Origin: Lama guanicoe | Taxonomy: Eukaryota | Reading direction: 5' to 3' | NCBI GenBank assembly: GCA_013239625.1 | Contig: MU054187.1 | Span: forward strand, 10,499,231 to 10,563,230 | Length of the DNA stretch: 64,000 bases | Part shown: positions 1 to 13,379 of the stretch, one piece after another | Layout: each line of letters starts with the position of its first letter | Numbering within the stretch: the first letter of the stretch is position 1 | The notes under the pieces: generated by a model | The model's database searches: none | Told to the model about the DNA's origin: nothing | What the model saw: only the letters and a program-made list of their open reading frames with translations | Position numbers and translations under genes: made by a program

Positions 1-229
1 ATTACTGACTTTTATGTGAATGCTCTTATTTCTTTAAATGTTAGCAATTGAATCAGTGTTTTAATGACCCTGTGTTATGTTAAGAAATACCTCTACTGTT
101 CTTGACCTCTACTTTAGACTGACTTATTGCCCTAGGTCGGTGGAAATTAAATATCCAAGAAAGACTGCTATAATATAGGCTGAGCTGTGAGATGACATGG
201 TTGTAATAAAAATCAAGACAAATATAAGA

Positions 230-292
230 AAAAGTTCAACAAAAACTTAACAAAAATCTCAACCAAAACTCATAAAAGTAACACAAGACACA
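230..292. repeat. Degenerate A-rich tandem repeat (about 11-12 nt unit)
   Basis: ttcaacaaaaac ttaacaaaaat ctcaaccaaaac tcataaaag. Confidence 0.4.
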
Positions 293-911
293 CTTTAGAA
301 AAGTTTGCATTATTATAGTTTTCATTGTAATCATCTCCATAAATTTCTTAATTTTTCATTTTTAATAATTTTATACGTGACTGTTTATCTTTTATCTTCT
401 GTCTGTTTTCACTGTTGACTTTCTAGCCACCTATTAAAAATCTTGTGCCTTGCATGTAGTTAGTGCATTGATCATGTGCTGACAAAGATAAATTCTTTCA
501 TTTGAAAACTCCTGAAGAACACAGTGCGTCATGCTGCCTTTTGGCGTACTGAAGTCAAATAGAAGACACTAAATAATGCTTTAATTATCCTCAAATCCTG
601 GGAAAGTTTCAGCCAAAAGTGTTTAAAAAATCTGGATGTTATTATGATGAAAAATTATTTTCACCTAGGCTCTCCGATAATGGTGATGTTCACTTTGAAT
701 TAATAATTGTTCTGCAAGAGAGCAAAATATCTTTTGGTGGGAAATTGAGCAATAATTAAAAAGCCTTCAACAACTATGACACAGCAGATCCGTTTGTGTC
801 TGAATCATGAGAAAACATCAACATTCAAAGGGTTTTCACTGGGGATCATAATATGCCATTTAGGTATCTTTGTGATCTCTTTAGGCACCTATCCGAGTAA
901 TACAAGTGATT

Positions 912-938
912 GAGATATATATATATATAGAGAGAGAT
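912..938. repeat. Compound (TA)n(GA)n microsatellite
   Basis: gagatatatatatatatagagagagat. Confidence 0.8.
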
Positions 939-949
939 GGTTTGTAGAG

Positions 950-3900
950 TGATAGATGCCCATGAGTGGTTGTACCATTTTGGATTCCCACCAGCAATGA
1001 ATGATAATTCCTGATTGCTCCACATTCTCACTAGCCTATGGTGTTGTCAGTATTTTGGATCTTGTCCTTTCTAATAAGTGTGTGGTAGTGTCTCATTATT
1101 TTAATTTTTAATTGCCTAATGACAAAAGATTTGAGCATCTTTTTATGTATGCTTATTTGCCATCTACTTATCTTCTTTGGTAAGGTGTCTGTTCAATTCT
1201 TTCACCCATTTGAAAAATCTGAATGCTGACTTCTTTATTGTTGAGTTTTAAGAGTTGTTTGTATATTTTGGGTAATAGTCTTTTATCATATATATTTTGG
1301 CATATATATGGCTTGTCTGTGGCTTGCCTTCTCATTCTCTTGTCATTTACAGAGCAGAAGTTTTAATTTTAATGAAGTCCAATTTGTTTTGTTCCTTACA
1401 AAGATCATGCCTTTGGTGTTGTATCTAAAAACGTCATCACCGTACCCAAGGTCAGTATTTTCTCCTATGCTGTCTTCTAGTTTTGCATTTTACATTTAGG
1501 TCTGTGATTTATTTTGAGTCAGTTTTTCTGAAGGATGTAAGGTCTATGTCTAGATTTTTTAAAATTTTAATTTGCATGCAGATGTATAGTTGTCACAGCA
1601 CCATTTGTTGAAAGGACTATTCTTTTTTCATTGTATTGACTTTTCTCCTTTGTCAAAGATCAGTTGACTGTATTTGTGTGAGTGTATTTCTAGGCCCTCT
1701 GTTGTGTTCCATTGATCTACTTTTCTTTTCTTTCACCAAAATGACACTCTTTTGATGACTGTGGTTTTATAGTAAGCCTTGACGTTAGGTAGTGTCAGTC
1801 CTCTGATTTTATTCTTCTTCTTCAATATTGTCTATGCTGTGTCTTTTATCTCTCCATATAAACTTAGAATCATTTTTTTGAAATCCACCTAATAACTTGC
1901 TGGACTTTTGATTGTAATTGTGTTAAGTCTACAGGTCAAGTTGGAAGAGCTAACATCGTGACATTATTGACTCTTCCTATTCATGAATGTAGAGTATTTA
2001 ATTCTTTGATATTTTTTATTCAGAGTTCGGTCATTTTCCTAAGAATTTAATTTTGGAAGTGGTAATGTAAAAGGCATTGTGTTTTTAGTTTCAAATTCCA
2101 CTTGTTCATTGCTGGTACCTAGAAAAGTAATCGACTTTCGTATATTAACTGTGTATCTTACAACCTTGCATATTAATTCCAGCAGTTTTTTGGTTAGTTC
2201 TTTTGGATTTTCTAATCAGACAATTATATATTTGCAAACAAAGACAATTTCATTTTTTCTTTCCAATCAATATACCTTTTATTTCCTTTTTTGGCCTTAA
2301 TGCATTAGCTGGCAATTCCAGTACAATGCTGGAAAGGACTGATAAGGGGGGAATATCCTTGCATTGTTCCTGATCTTAGTGCGTATGCTTCTTGTCTCTT
2401 CTTTTTAAAATTTATTTTTATTTTTATTTATTGTAGTGTAGTTGACTTACAATATTATATTACTTTCAGGTGTACAGCATAGTGATTCAATATTTTTGTA
2501 GATTACACACCATAGAAAGTTACTATAAAATATTGACTATGTTCCCTGTGCTGTGACTTTTATATACCCCTGTGACTTATTTATGTAGTACCTCTTAATC
2601 CCCTTCACTTGTTTTGCCCCTTTCTCACCTCTCTCCCCTCCGGTAACCATTAGTTTGTTCTCTGTATCTGTTAGTCTGTTTCTGGGTTTTTTTTGTTTTG
2701 TTTTGTTTTTTAGGGAAAGCTTCTAGTTTCTCACCATTATGTATAATGTTAGCTGTAGAGTTTTTAAAGACATTTTATAATGTTAAGGACATCCCCCTCT
2801 GTTAGTTTGCTGAGAGTATTTGTTGTTAATGACTGTTAGATTTTGTCACATGCATTTTCTGCATCTATTGATACGATCATACGGTTTTTCTTTTTAGAGT
2901 GTTCATGTGATGGATTATATTAATTGATTCTCCAATGTTGAACTGAATTTGCATATTTGGGAAATTCCCACATGCATATGTGTGCTGTACAATTCTTTTA
3001 ATACATTTTTGGGTTTTATTTGTTAATACTTTGTTTAGGATTTTTGCATCTAGTTTATGAGCGATACTAGTCTATAGTTTTCCTGTGAAGTCTTTGCTTT
3101 TGGTCATAGAACAAGTTAGGGAGTATATCCTCTACTTTTGTCTTCTGAAAGAGATTGTAGAGAATTGGTACAATTTCTTCCTTAAAGATTTGGTAGAATT
3201 CACCAGTGAACCCATTTGGTGTGTTGCTTTCTGTTTTGGAAAGTTATTAAATATTGATTCAATTCCTTTAACAGATACAGTCCTCTTCAAATTGTATTTC
3301 TTTTTCTGTGACTTTTGGCAGGTTATATCTGTCAAGGAATTGATCCATTTCATTTAGGTTGTCATTTGTGGTCATAATATTTTTCATGGTATTCTTTTGT
3401 TATCACTTTAATGTCCATGGGATCTGTGATGAGGCCCTATGTTTCATTTGTGATACTAGTAATTTGTGTCTCTCCCCACCCACCCCCCTCGTTAATCTGG
3501 CTAGAGGCTTATCAGTTTTATTTATTTTTGCAAAGAATCAGCTTTTGGGTTTGTTGAAATTCCCTATTGATTTTGTATTTTAAATTTTACTGGTTTCTGC
3601 TCTCATTTTTAGTATTTTTTTCCTTCTGCTGACTTTGGATTTAGTTTGCTCTTCTTTTACTAGTTTCCTAGGTGAAAGCTTAAATGATAGATTTTAGATC
3701 TTCTTTTCTAATATATGCATTCAATACTATAAATCTCCCTCTTAGCACTTCTTTTGCTGCATCCCACAAATTTTCGTGAGTTGTATTTTCATTTTCTTCA
3801 GAATATTTGCATATTTGTCTTGAGATTTCTTATTTGACCACTGTGTTATTTAGAAGTGTATTGTTTAATATCCATGCATTTTGGGGTTTTCTAGCTGTCT

Positions 3901-6360
3901 TTCTCTTATTGATTTCTAGTTTAATTTATTCCACTGTGGTCTGAGCAGACATTGTATGATATCTATTCTTTTAGATTTGTAAAGATGTGTTTTATTGCCC
4001 AGAATGTGGTCTATTTTGATCAATATTCCATGATTTGAGAAGAACGTACTTTCTGCTATTATTGGATGTCGTCTATTGATGTGCGTTATATCCAGCTGAT
4101 TGATGACGTTCAGTTCAACTTTGTCCTTTCTGATTTTCTACCTGCTGGATCTTTCCATTTCTGATAGAGAGTTAAGTCTCCAATGATAATAGACTCATCT
4201 ATTTCTCCTTGTAGTTCTGTCAGTTTTTGGCTGATGTATTTTGATGTTCTTATTACACACATACATGTTAAAAGTTGCTATGTCTTTTTTGAGAATTGAC
4301 ATTTTTATATCTATGTAATATTCCTTTTTATCTCTGATAATATTTCTTGCTTTGAAGTCTGCTCTGTCAGAAATTAATATAGCTTCTCCTGCTTTGTTTT
4401 GATTGTTAGCATGGTATATCTTTTTATCATCCCTTTACTTTTAACCTACATATATGTCTTCATATTTAAAGTGGGTTTCTTTTAGACAGTGTATACTTGG
4501 ATCTTGTTTTTTGATCCACTCTGACAATCTCTTTTAATTGGTGCATCTAGACCATTGACATTTAATGTGATTTTTTTATATAGCTGGATTAATATCTGCC
4601 ATATTTGTTACTATTTTCTATTTCTTACCTCCCCCCATTTTGTATTCCATTCTTTTTCTAAAATGCTTTAATAGAGCGTTTTATTGATTCCATTTTCTCT
4701 TCTTTCTTAGTGTATCAATTATGCCATTTATTTATTTATTTACTTTTTTTAGTGGTTGCCTTGGAGTTTGCAATATACGTTTACAAATGATTCAAGTATA
4801 CCTTCAAACCATACTGTAACTCTTCATGGGTAGTGCAAGTAGCTTATAATAACAAAAGTTTTTATTTTCCCCTCACTTTTGAAGGGATAGTTTCTCAGGA
4901 TACAGTATTCTAGGTTGGTGATTTTTTTTCTCTCAACATCTTAAATATTTCACTTTAAATATTTAACTCTTCTTGCTGGCATGGTTTCTGAGGAAAGTCA
5001 AATGTAATTCTCTTCTTGGTTCCTGTATAGGTAAGGTGTTTTTTCCTCTGGCTCTTTTCAAGATTTTTTTTCCCACTTTGAATATGATATGCCTAATTGT
5101 GGGGTTTTGGGGTGTTTGCCTTGTTTGGTATTCTCTGAGATTCCTGAATCTGTGGTTTGGTATTTGACATTAATTTGGAGAAATTCTTAGTCATTATTGT
5201 TTGAATATGTTTGTTCTTTTCTCTCTCTTCTCCTTCTCCTATTCCCATTATGCATATTGTTACACTTTACGTCATCATGGAGGACTGTGGAGTTCTTGGA
5301 TAGTCTGTCCTATTTCTTCCCATCTTTTTTTGCCTTGCTTTTCAGTTTTGAAAGTTTTATTGCCATATCCTCAAAGTTAGTGATTCTTTGCTCATCTGTG
5401 TCCAGTCTACTAATGAGCCCATTGAAGACATTCTTCATTTATGTTACAGTTATTTTTTTAATTTCCTTGATTCTTTCTTAGAATTTCCATCTCTCTGCTT
5501 TCATTATCCATCTGCTGTTGCATGTTGTCTACTTTTTAGCTAGAAATGTAGAATATTAATCCTACTTGTTTGAAATTTCTGGTCTGACAATTCCAACATC
5601 TCTGTCATATCTGAATCTGGTTCTGATGCTTGCTCTGACTCTTCTAACTGCCTTTTTGGTCTTTTAATATGCCTTGTAATTTTTTGTTGTAAGCCAGATA
5701 TGATGTGCTGTGTGAAAGGAACTCCGGTAAATAGGCCTTTAGTGATGTGGTGGTATATGTAGGAATGGGAAGTGGTCTATAGTCTTGTGATTAAGTCTCA
5801 GTCTTTTGGTGAGCCTGTGTCCCTGAACTGTGAACTTCACCATTTTTTTTTTGTTTGTTTCCCTCCCTCCTTATATGGAAAATGTTGACCAGCGTAAGCT
5901 AGGATTGAGTATTTTCCTTTTCCTATCTGGAAGACTAGAGCAGCCTGGAGTTGGATATTTCTCTTTCGCCAGTGAAATTAGGTTTGGGTATAATTCCAGT
6001 GGTGTAGACACTCATAAAATACTTTCCCTTGAGGACAGGCCTCATTAAGAATAGAATAGTTTGATGTATTTAAAAATGGTTACTTTTTCTTTCTCTTTGC
6101 TGTTGCAGAACAGGGTTTTTGTCTGATACTCACTATGAGAAACTGGTAAAGCTCCTGGAGGTAAAACTCATAAAAGTGTGAGGAATCCCTCCTTCTTTGA
6201 CTTGGTCCCCTTGGAGTTTTAACTCTCAGATTTGTCCACACTGAGTCTCCAGTAATTTGTTGGTTACAGTTAAGGATTTCCTAACATGTACCACTTCTGG
6301 CAGAGATTTTTGCTTTTGGGTTTTTGATCTAGTAAGTTGTGATTCTCTATTTTTACCTGT
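950..6360 (-). mobile_element. Ancient degenerate LINE-1 (L1M-type), antisense to PREX2, with internal deletions
   Basis: Colinear antisense L1 ORF2 hallmarks: gttgtaccattttggattcccaccagcaatgaatga (about 969), cagcaccatttgttgaaag (about 1596), ttgcattgttcctgatcttag (about 2360), ggtagaattcaccagtgaacccat (about 3192), gcccagaatgtggtctatttt (about 3997). Minus-strand ORF 3132..3353 resembles ORF2 (IESIFNNFPKQKA). The 4900-6360 part looks like ORF1 and the 5' region. Confidence 0.9.
2400..2711 (-). mobile_element. Younger 5'-truncated L1 3' end nested in the older L1
   Basis: T-rich tail, then tagttgacttacaatattatattactttcaggtgtacagcatagtgattca...ggtaaccattagtttgttctctgtatctg. The same family occurs at 31361-31830. 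Confidence 0.85.
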
Positions 6361-6361
6361 C

Positions 6362-7627
6362 TGTGCACTGGTATTTGTGCTAATGGTACAAAAGCAATGA
6401 TGTGTAATATTGCTGATGCTTTAGTGTGAATCAAGGCACTGGCACCAAACTGTGCTATTAATTACCACATACTTCTAAACACCCACTCCTGTGGGTGGCA
6501 GGGGGATGCCAGTTGCATTTAAGAATGTTCTTGATAAAGCTGTAAAAATGACTAATTTTATTAAAACTTGACTCTTGAGCACATCTTTGTGATGAAGTGG
6601 GAAGTACAACTAAGGACTTCTGTTGCATCCTCACGTATTATGGTCGTCTCCAGGGGAAGAACGTGTATTACTGTTTGAGTTGCTATGGAACATCATGTTT
6701 ACTCGAAATAACAACTGTGAGACAAACTATGGTTTCAGTTTCAGGGCATTTGGGTATTTGGAAGATATTTTCTCAAAAAAGAGTAAAGTGAGCCTGTCAT
6801 TGCAAGAAAAAACAGCTGATAGTATTTACTGATGATGACAAATTCAAGCTGGCAAGTGAATTTAGAGTTTTGGAAAATGTATGTCCATCAACGTAAGCTC
6901 AGTAGCTTCCTTATACTTAAAGACTTTTCTAATGAGCTGGATACTGATATTAACTAACAGGATGTGTTTTGTAATATTGAATAATGAATAGTATTAATAT
7001 TTGGGAGATATGGTAAATCGCTTAAATGTGCAACATTAAGCATGGATAAAAGAGCTGTTCAAATTGCAAGACAGATCAATGGGTTTTAACGTAATAGAAT
7101 ATAAAAAGTTCACTGATGTGGTTTCAGATGACTACTGGTGAGAAAATACCACTATTGAATTTTGGTGTTGTATTAAAGAAGAATACCCACAACTCATTGA
7201 CAATGTTATAGCAATGGACATATTTTTCCCTTTTCAAACTATCATTGAAAATATGATGCCAAATAACATATCACAACACATTGAAGCATATATGAGAATC
7301 CAGCTATCTTCTGCTAAGCTAGACATTAAAGAAATTTGTAATCCTATAAAACAGTGCCACACTTCTCACAGAAAATTTTTTGAGAAAAGATAGCTATTTT
7401 TTCATAAAAGTATGTTGTATATGTAAACATGTCATGGGTTTATAATTGTTAATTTCAGATAAATTTATAAGTAAGTGAATTTTTGACAACAAACATTAAA
7501 TTTTTCTTATTTTTAATTTTTAATATGTCAAATATTGATAGATATAATACACAGAAGTAAAAGCTCTTTCTCCATAATTTCTAAGAGTGTAAAGGATTCC
7601 TGAGATTGAAACCTGTGAGAACCACTA
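6362..7627 (+). mobile_element. Charlie1-like hAT DNA transposon, 3' portion with decayed transposase
   Basis: atttgtgctaatggtacaaaagcaatg resembles ICTDGAKAM. ORF 6623 HPHVLWSSPG..RVLLFEL resembles the hAT motif HTEVRWLSRG..LFEL. Also atgagaatccagctatcttctgctaagctagacattaaaga, and it ends in a TIR-like tgagaaccacta. Confidence 0.85.
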
Positions 7628-8019
7628 CCATGTAACATAAATATTGCTGAATTTTGCCTAGTAATTAATAACTAATATGTATTTAAATTTACAGACATTT
7701 ACATGACAACATGCATGCTGGTGCTTTTTTCATGTTAAAGGAAGGATTCCTACTCAAAAAATTTGAAATCACTTATGTTCAGGGAAAAGTAAAAACCAGT
7801 GGACTGGAGAATTTATGAAGGGTTTGCCAAAAGTATATTAAGGGAACATAAAATGTAACTTTGAAGGATGAATAAAGCTGTTATTTTCTAGCTTAAAAAA
7901 TGAACCCTTCCTTGATCCAAATCCACCTCCATATTTCTGTTCCTTTTCTCAGCAAAACTTTAAAGGATTTTAAACTTTTTCTGTGGTTACTGGTTCCATT
8001 TTCTTTTTCTCCATTTCCT

Positions 8020-8560
8020 TCTCTTCCTGTTACTTTGGGACTGCTGTGGTTAAGATCAGTGGTGATTGACCTCTGTGTTGTCAAGTTACATATCTTTATG
8101 GACCCCACCTGAATTCTCAGCACTGATAAAGCTGTGGACCACTCCTTCTTTCTTGAAACTCTCTCTCTGTTGGCTTTGGTGACACCACACTCTCTTGGTT
8201 TTGTTCCTACCTTACTGGCTTCTTTGACATCTAAATGTTGGAGTGCCCCAAGGTTCCGTCCTTTTTTCTTCTCTGTCTACATACTGTCTCCAGTGAACTG
8301 AAGTCAATTGTCTCTTCCCTCAATGAACACTTTCCCTGAGTTATGTGTTTGTGCCAGTGACACTCAACTCTTTAACCTCAGCCTCAGAAACCGAGATCAG
8401 TACAGCTAGCTCCCTACTGGGGATCTCCACATTGGTGACCAATAGGCCTCTCAAGCTCAGCACAGCCAGAACAAACTCTGACTCCAACAACTACTCCTTC
8501 AGACGTCTCCATTCCAATAAGATGGCACCGCGGTCAACCAGGTGTTCAAGGCAAACTCAA
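8020..8560 (+). mobile_element. L2 LINE fragment (reverse transcriptase region)
   Basis: gaccactccttctttcttgaaactctc...gtgacaccacactctcttggtttt is L2-like; 8240-8263 translates to GVPQGSVL, an L2/CR1 RT motif. Confidence 0.8.
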
Positions 8561-9720
8561 ATGACAAGTGTTTTTCATCTGTTAGGACTTTGTTTTTCTC
8601 TCAGGAAGACAAAACAAAACAAAGCATTTATCTTCCAAAGAATTTTGATGTCATAATACTGTTTTCAGTTCAAGAGATAAAAGGAAAATGTTTACTCATT
8701 ATTTTTTCTACTTGTTTTCACAGAGTCTACTTCTTCCTGTGGTAGTACAGCTCCTCTTCGTTCGTTTCCCTTTTTACGTAAAATTTATGCACCTCTGTTC
8801 ATATTAAATAGCCACATTGTCAAAGTGCTGCTAAGATCATTCTGAATGTATCATAAGAGTAGTAAGGTTTGATGCCTATATAAGAAATTCAGATTGGCGT
8901 CAGGCATGTAGAATTGAAAGAGTGAACTTTTAAATTCAGTGCGGCTTTTGAGAGTGGTCTATTGTGTATAATTGACTGATAAAAAGAACGGGAAGGACAA
9001 AAATGAGTTGCAAAAGACACTTCACTACATTCTGGGAATAAAACTCATCATAGGCTTTGCTTTACTTTCGAACTGACAGCAGCCCAGAGGGACAGACGAG
9101 GAGAAAGGGGATTGTTGTCATCTCTCTACTATATGTGAATGAGTTTTCTTCCTTCTTTTAATTTCTTGTTAGCAAATTTGTGACCCTTTCAGCTTTCTTA
9201 AACTTTAATTACTGCATGCCATTTAACATATTTCACCAAACACTTGTTGAGAGGAAAACAATATGGGGCCCACTGAAGAGAAGATGAGGAGTTCTGCCCT
9301 CTGAGTCAGGAACCATGACTAAAGTGACATCTGGGAACATGTTGTGTGGGATGATTGTTGGGAAGCTCTGGGTTGCTGAGCGTGTGATAATAACACTCCT
9401 GCCAGCTGGAGGTACGTTGAGGGGCACCAGCGAGCATCACTTCCTCCAAATGTGACCCAGTCCGTCTTATCTGGCTCACCTGTCTCAGCATCTCCCTAGC
9501 CTTCAGAGATTATTATGACCTGTGTATGCAGCCTAGATTGTGGTTTTCATTGTTGGTAGCGGAAACCTCAAGTGGCTGAGTGACAAGATACTGTGCATAG
9601 AGGGAATGTGACATGGAGTTGAAAGTCAAGGTGAAGTAAGTCAACCTGTTTTACCCATTGAGTCTCACTTATTTGTCTCATAAGTGTGTTTCTTCAATGT
9701 TTGGAAGAATCAACATAAAG

Positions 9721-9906
9721 GAATGTTCATCAGACTGTGGTCTCTGGACCAGCTGCTTAGAATCACCTAGGAAACTTGCTCAAAATGCAGATTTCTGGGT
9801 CCTAAACCAATCTGCTGAATCGGACCTTCTGGGGACAGGGCTGGGTGTCTGCATTTGGAAGAAACTCTCCAAGTCTTACACACAATGAAGAGTTTGAGAA
9901 CCATTG
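9721..9906. mobile_element. MER5A-like hAT MITE
   Basis: tgtggtctctggaccagc...atcacctaggaaacttgctcaaaatgcagatttctggg...agtttgagaaccattg. Confidence 0.8.
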
Positions 9907-11029
9907 GCATTAAAACCAATTTTTTCCAGTACTTATTTTCCATATATTTGTATTGAAATGAAAATGATCTAATTCTGATGAAATTCTGGACCAGTGAGAA
10001 TGAATGAATACAGAGATAAAATGACATATTAAATCTCATGTATTTTTATGACTAGAGTGTTAATGCTTCGAAGAAAGATTCAATGCCCCAATTACCAAAA
10101 TCTGAACGGACTCTAGATTCTGGTAGTTAAAGGATGATTCTGAAAACACGTTGTTTATCTTTATCTTCAGAAAGGAAGATTTACGCATTTTGTAAAAAAT
10201 GTCAAAACGTTTTCATGATTTTGCCCTCTCTGCAGACTATCTAAAATCTGCCTTCACTGTCGTATAAAATGAGGCTCTTGGGAAAAATAAATGCTTGGTT
10301 AAAAATGCTAAGAAGTTTTCTTTCGTATGCAGTTAAACAAAAAGTTTCATATTGTCACGGAGGATAAGAAGATAAAAAGTCAGACAGGGGACAGTGCTTG
10401 CTTTACTAGTTCGCATGTTTCCTTTACCTCATAGTTTGATTCCTTTTCACTACCTCCTGTCTTTAGTTTGTTGGTTTCAGAATGTGACCGAGTTCAGTTT
10501 AGGAAGATAAGGTTTATAAATGTAGAGGTGAAGTGTAAGTGTTGCTTGCACGAGAAGTCCCATGTTCCCTATGTGGTCAACACGAAATGTAAACGAGGCG
10601 GCCGACGTACCCGCGTTGTTTTCGGACTAAATGGAAGGAACTCAGGAGCATTTTTGATGTATGAGTATATGGAGAAATATTCAAGAAAAGCAAAACTAAA
10701 ATTAAAAATTAGACGAACACTAATTAAAATGGGCCCTTAAAGTCAGAACACTCAACAGTCTCTCTCCATTGCCAATTATACCTAACTGTAGATAATATTT
10801 CAAAAAATTGAGTCCCGTGTTTCCAATTAAAGAATTAAGGTGCCATCCAATACTTTCTTGTTCATTTTATTTAATTCAGCGAACTCTTTCATTCAGTTGA
10901 GGCTGTCAGTACTGATGTGGCTTTGCAGTTACAGAATCTGAAATGTGAGTTCTTGAACCAGGAGTCAAGATGGGACTGAAGCTAATGCTGGGAGTGAGAG
11001 CTTGTGGCCCATTTGCTTTGTTTCTTTTA

Positions 11030-11730
11030 AATAGTTTTGTTTTTCCTTTACCAAGATTATAACATGCAGACAGCCAGACATTCTGAAAATAAGAGAGTGT
11101 ACAAAGGTCAGCTTGCTACCACCCGGAGGTCATCACTGTTTGCCTTTTAGTATATGCTACATATTTTTTCTTAGTATGAATGCACGTCGACATTACCCCT
11201 GTCGATATACGTATGTATACTTGTATGTGTGTCTGTACATGTATGTGCACATCATGTATGCTGCTTAGTAAATTTTTTCAGCAAACAATATTTATAGACA
11301 TCTGTTGTATAGACACATACGTATATATGATTTTTCATCCCATTTCATTTATGATTGTACTTTTGCCCAGTATGCTGTACTTTGCATGGTCTATCACATA
11401 TGAAATGATCCCACTAATGATGGGCATTTAGATTGTTTCCAGTTTTTCCACTTTTGTAATCAATACACTGAAAGCCTTTGTCTGAATATTTTCTTAGGAT
11501 AAATCCCTGGAGATAGAATTGCTGGGTTAAAGGGAATGCCCATTTAAAAGTTTGGAGATATAAGCTATCCTCAGAAGTGTTGTGTCATTTTCTACTGTTG
11601 CTGGCAATGTCTTGAGGGTGATGATTTTGGCATATTATGAGCAATCCTGTGTTTTGTTCATGTTTCAAATCTTTGTAAATGTAGCATGTCAAAAATGACA
11701 TTCTTACCTTCATTTTCATTTGCCTGATGC
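11030..11730 (-). mobile_element. Old L1 (L1ME-like) 3' fragment
   Basis: gatgggcatttagattgtttccagttttt; aggataaatccctggagatagaattgctgggttaaaggg. Confidence 0.7.
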
Positions 11731-12583
11731 AGTATCCCAAGACTCCCCTGAGCAGCTGTGTGCCCTGGGAGGTTGATGTGCTGTCATTCATACCCTGACT
11801 TGGCAGGTAGTGGCTGAAGTTCTTAAGACAGTCAAGGGAAGAAATGATCTCACCTGGTCACTAGGTAGTTAAATAGATGCTGTCTTGAGAACACAGACCA
11901 GATTTGCTGGTTAGAAAGTCTCTTCTCTTTTTCCTTCTAAACTTTCTTTTTTAAGTCCCAGTATAAATAACTCTTTCTACTTCTTTTTTTCTTTGCTAGA
12001 ATAATAGCTTACACAGTCATGGATCAAAGCTTAATGGCCATCAGGAAGAGTCCAGATCTTTGAACTACTAATGAACTCATTTGCCTACCAGAGGGCTGTG
12101 GAGAGTCCTGACCTGAAATACAAATTCTGGCTTCCTAAAACTTAAGAGAGGGGGTGGGAAATCCTTCCATTCCTTCTTGAAAGTCACTTTCTCTTTCTCC
12201 CTTCCTCCTTCACTCCCTCAGTCGCTCTCACTTCCAAAGGGATCACTTCATGATATTTCTAGCCCTTTCGTTTTTTAGTAGAAACTCCATTGTTTGTTAG
12301 ATTTTGGTCTTTTGTGCTTCAGAGGACTTAGAAGTTTAGGAAATATTTGTTAAGTGTTTACCGCAGAACTTTGAGGTCTTGGTGGATAAACTTAATTCAT
12401 ATATACATGATCACTTTGGGCCCTGCCCCCAAACTATAAAGGAAATGGACTTCCCAGGTAGGAGAAGCAATGCACAGGATTTTCGCCTTTTACAGCAAAG
12501 CTATTATACTCAATAGTTTTTAAGCTTTGGTTTATTATAAAAAAACTAGTTCTGATCAACATCCAGTTATTTGATCAACCTAA

Positions 12584-12724
<141 letters not shown>

Positions 12725-13379
12725 TGAGGTCCCCTCAGATAAAATTTTAGCTCTGGGCTTGTCACCTTGTCTCCAGTTCCAGTGTGAGCTCTGTGCTAGG
12801 CCCTGGTGGGAGTGACAATTAGAAGAAGGGAAGCTACAGTTTGGGATAAGAAATGGGGCTTATGAGGATGGTGTAGAAGACAGAGAAAATTTTTTTGCCA
12901 AGATCTTGGAAATGTTTGAAAAGAGGAAAAAAAACAACCCCAAGACCGAGAACCTTAGTGTCTCCAAGGGAATGGGAGCTGAACCGCGTGTGGGACGATT
13001 GCTGGAGGGGCTCACCAGGCAGGATGTGGGCAGATGTAACTTCCAGACTCTGACCCCTGAAGGACAAACAATTTGGATGGTCCACTGGTGCGGAAAAGAA
13101 AGTCCACACAGTATCTTCACTTCACAGACAAATGTATGAGCATCTCCTTTTAAACTGTAGGGAAGGAAACTTGGGAAAAAAAAGAGCTGGGGGTGGAAAA
13201 TGAAAATCGTGCCATAGTCATTATTTCTCAGTTAAATTGTATAAATCTTCATTGATATTTATTTTTGATGCTAACTTGCTGTTTTATTTTACTGGAAATA
13301 AAAAGTTCCCAATGATTTTATAAGCACTTCAGACTACTTCCTATTACATTAAATACTCTCTTTTACATTCTCCTTACCA

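Noticed and set aside
6362..7627. Domesticated hAT transposase gene
   Set aside because: The motifs are heavily mutated and broken by stops and frameshifts; it is a Charlie1 fossil.
11187..11326. Inverted repeats (atatacgtatgt at 11205 and its complement at 11315) as a possible pre-miRNA
   Set aside because: Low-complexity alternating purine-pyrimidine sequence within an old L1, which is self-complementary by composition.
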